NCBI GenBank assembly: GCA_965242605.1
Contig: CBDESS010000004.1
Location: 96,139 to 160,138 of the forward strand
Direction of reading: 5' to 3'
Source of the DNA: an uncultured Candidatus Binatia bacterium
GTDB lineage: Bacteria > Desulfobacterota > Binatia > Bin18
Length of the DNA: 64,000 nt
Below the pieces are notes generated by a model. It was not told the origin of the DNA. It saw only the letters and a list, made by a program, of their open reading frames with translations, and did not search any database. The position numbers and the translations under genes are program-made. The number at the start of each line of letters is the position of its first letter. Within the stretch, counting starts at the first letter, position 1. Positions 62,828 to 64,000 of the stretch are shown here, piece by piece.

Positions 62828-63635
62828 CAATGGTGACCAGAACCTCTTCCAGCTTGGCAAATTCAACATTCAGCCGCACCTCCACATCCTCAAACATCTC
62901 TCCGCCCTTCGTTCCAATCCGCAAGATACTGCCGAGGGGATGGCCTTTGGGAAATATGCCTTCCAGGCCAGAGACAAGCAACACATCACCGACTCGGATA
63001 TCGGCTCCCTTGGACACATACTTGAGTCGTGCCCGTCCATTCCCGGTCCCAACAACGACGCCTCGCTCACGCGTCCGCTGTACAAAAGTGTCAATCCCAC
63101 TGTTTGGGTCGGGGGCGAGCAGGACCCGTGCGGTATGGGCGGTGGTAGAGACGATCCGCCCGACCACCCCCGCAGGAACCAGCACCGCCAAGTCTTTTCG
63201 TATCCCACTTTGCGCGCCTTTATTAAGGACAAGACGGTCGCCCCACGGCCCACGGCTCCGGCTAATCACCCGCGCTGCAGCCGTCGGGACCTCGGTTTTG
63301 GCCTGGAGGTCAAGAAGATGTCGGAGGCGTTGGTTGGCCAGTTCCAGTTCGCTCAACCGCTGGACATGCTGTTCTAGGTCTTCTATCTGCTGGCTGAGCC
63401 TCTCGTTCTCCTGGTGAACGGAGCGCAGGTCAAAGTATTGATCCCAGACCTGCTCTGCGCTGTGGACAATCGCCGTCAGGCCAAGCTGAAATGGGAGCAT
63501 GGATTCGAGTAAGAGCGCACCGCCCGGATCAGGCCGAGACGGATCGCGGCCATTGAGCACGGCCAAAACCACAGCAATGGCCAGGAAAAATCCACACGAC
63601 AGGAAAACCTTGCGCTGATGTCTCGAAGCAGGCAC
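62802..63635 (-). CDS. mreC: rod shape-determining protein MreC
   Basis: N-terminal TM, coiled-coil (LSELELANQRLRHLLDL), C-terminal beta domain (VVGRIVSTTAHTARVLL...); 277 aa. Confidence 0.85.
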   Translation of the reverse strand: MPASRHQRKVFLSCGFFLAIAVVLAVLNGRDPSRPDPGGALLLESMLPFQLGLTAIVHSAEQVWDQYFDLRSVHQENERLSQQIEDLEQHVQRLSELELANQRLRHLLDLQAKTEVPTAAARVISRSRGPWGDRLVLNKGAQSGIRKDLAVLVPAGVVGRIVSTTAHTARVLLAPDPNSGIDTFVQRTRERGVVVGTGNGRARLKYVSKGADIRVGDVLLVSGLEGIFPKGHPLGSILRIGTKGGEMFEDVEVRLNVEFAKLEEVLVTIGGPRYARQ

Positions 63636-63672
63636 AGCAGGACGCTCAGTAAATCAGGAGTTGTATCTGGGG

Positions 63673-64000
63673 CTAGATGGTAACCTCACGCAGCAGAGAT
63701 AATTCATCTAGGGCCTTCCCCGCCCCCTTCACTACCGCAGTGAGCGGATCATCGGCTAAGGCAACGGGCAAACCGGTTTCCTCGTGCAGCAGGGTGTCGA
63801 GGTTACGCAACAACGCCCCTCCGCCAGACAAAAGAATCCCCTTATCCACAATATCCGAGGTCAACTCGGGCGGGGTCCGCTCGAGCGCCACCCGGACGGC
63901 TTCAACAATCTGGTTGATCGGAACCAACAGACAATCCCGGATCTCTTCGTCAGACAGCTTAACCGATTTTGGGATACCGGCCACCATATCCCGGCCCTTG
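63673..64000 (-). CDS. mreB: rod shape-determining protein MreB (C-terminal part; gene runs off window end)
   Basis: ...ILLSGGGALLRNLDTLLHEETGLPVALADDPLTAVVKGAGKALDELSLLREVTI* canonical MreB C-terminus. Confidence 0.85.
   Translation of the reverse strand, partial: KGRDMVAGIPKSVKLSDEEIRDCLLVPINQIVEAVRVALERTPPELTSDIVDKGILLSGGGALLRNLDTLLHEETGLPVALADDPLTAVVKGAGKALDELSLLREVTI

Overview
This 64-kb window is a high-GC (roughly 65%) chromosomal segment from a diderm bacterium, mostly housekeeping and metabolic genes. F420-family enzymes, DapL and a hopanoid gene trio are present; no phylum is named.

- **Conserved blocks:** an EF-G paralog followed by a tRNA-Leu; a cytochrome c' and dihaem cytochrome c pair; two adjacent family-III CoA-transferases and an ABC ATPase; pgm; dapL; a TonB-dependent receptor; hisF; a 3-keto-5-aminohexanoate-cleavage-type (BKACE-type) enzyme; the bioF-bioA-bioD-bioB operon; the class II B12-dependent ribonucleotide reductase nrdJ; hpt; hpnA-hpnI-hpnG; trxA; and a partial mreB-mreC-mreD-mrdA-rodA operon.
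- **Accessory and decay patches:**
  - A Type I restriction-modification (R-M) system is split. An intact-looking hsdS sits at 19.6 kb. The hsdM and hsdR genes at 32.1-36.8 kb are heavily pseudogenised by W-to-stop mutations and 1-bp indels.
  - Next to hsdS is a lower-GC, degraded nuclease-helicase gene resembling Nhi (nuclease-helicase immunity) / DUF2075.
  - A GAF histidine-kinase gene is split exactly at its LRP-x-LDN/FGFVAAL motif by a 2.26-kb AT-rich insertion flanked by a 6-bp direct repeat (gacaat). The insert has no recognisable transposase and encodes secreted, prepilin-like hypothetical proteins. This is the best candidate here for an undescribed mobile element or system.
  - Other genes also carry frameshifts: DmpA (at a G-run), solA, and a DUF385 F420-dependent nitroreductase. 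Essential genes are intact, which argues for genuine pseudogenisation rather than read errors, but this needs checking.

No CRISPR array, rRNA or recognisable transposase or integrase gene was seen.
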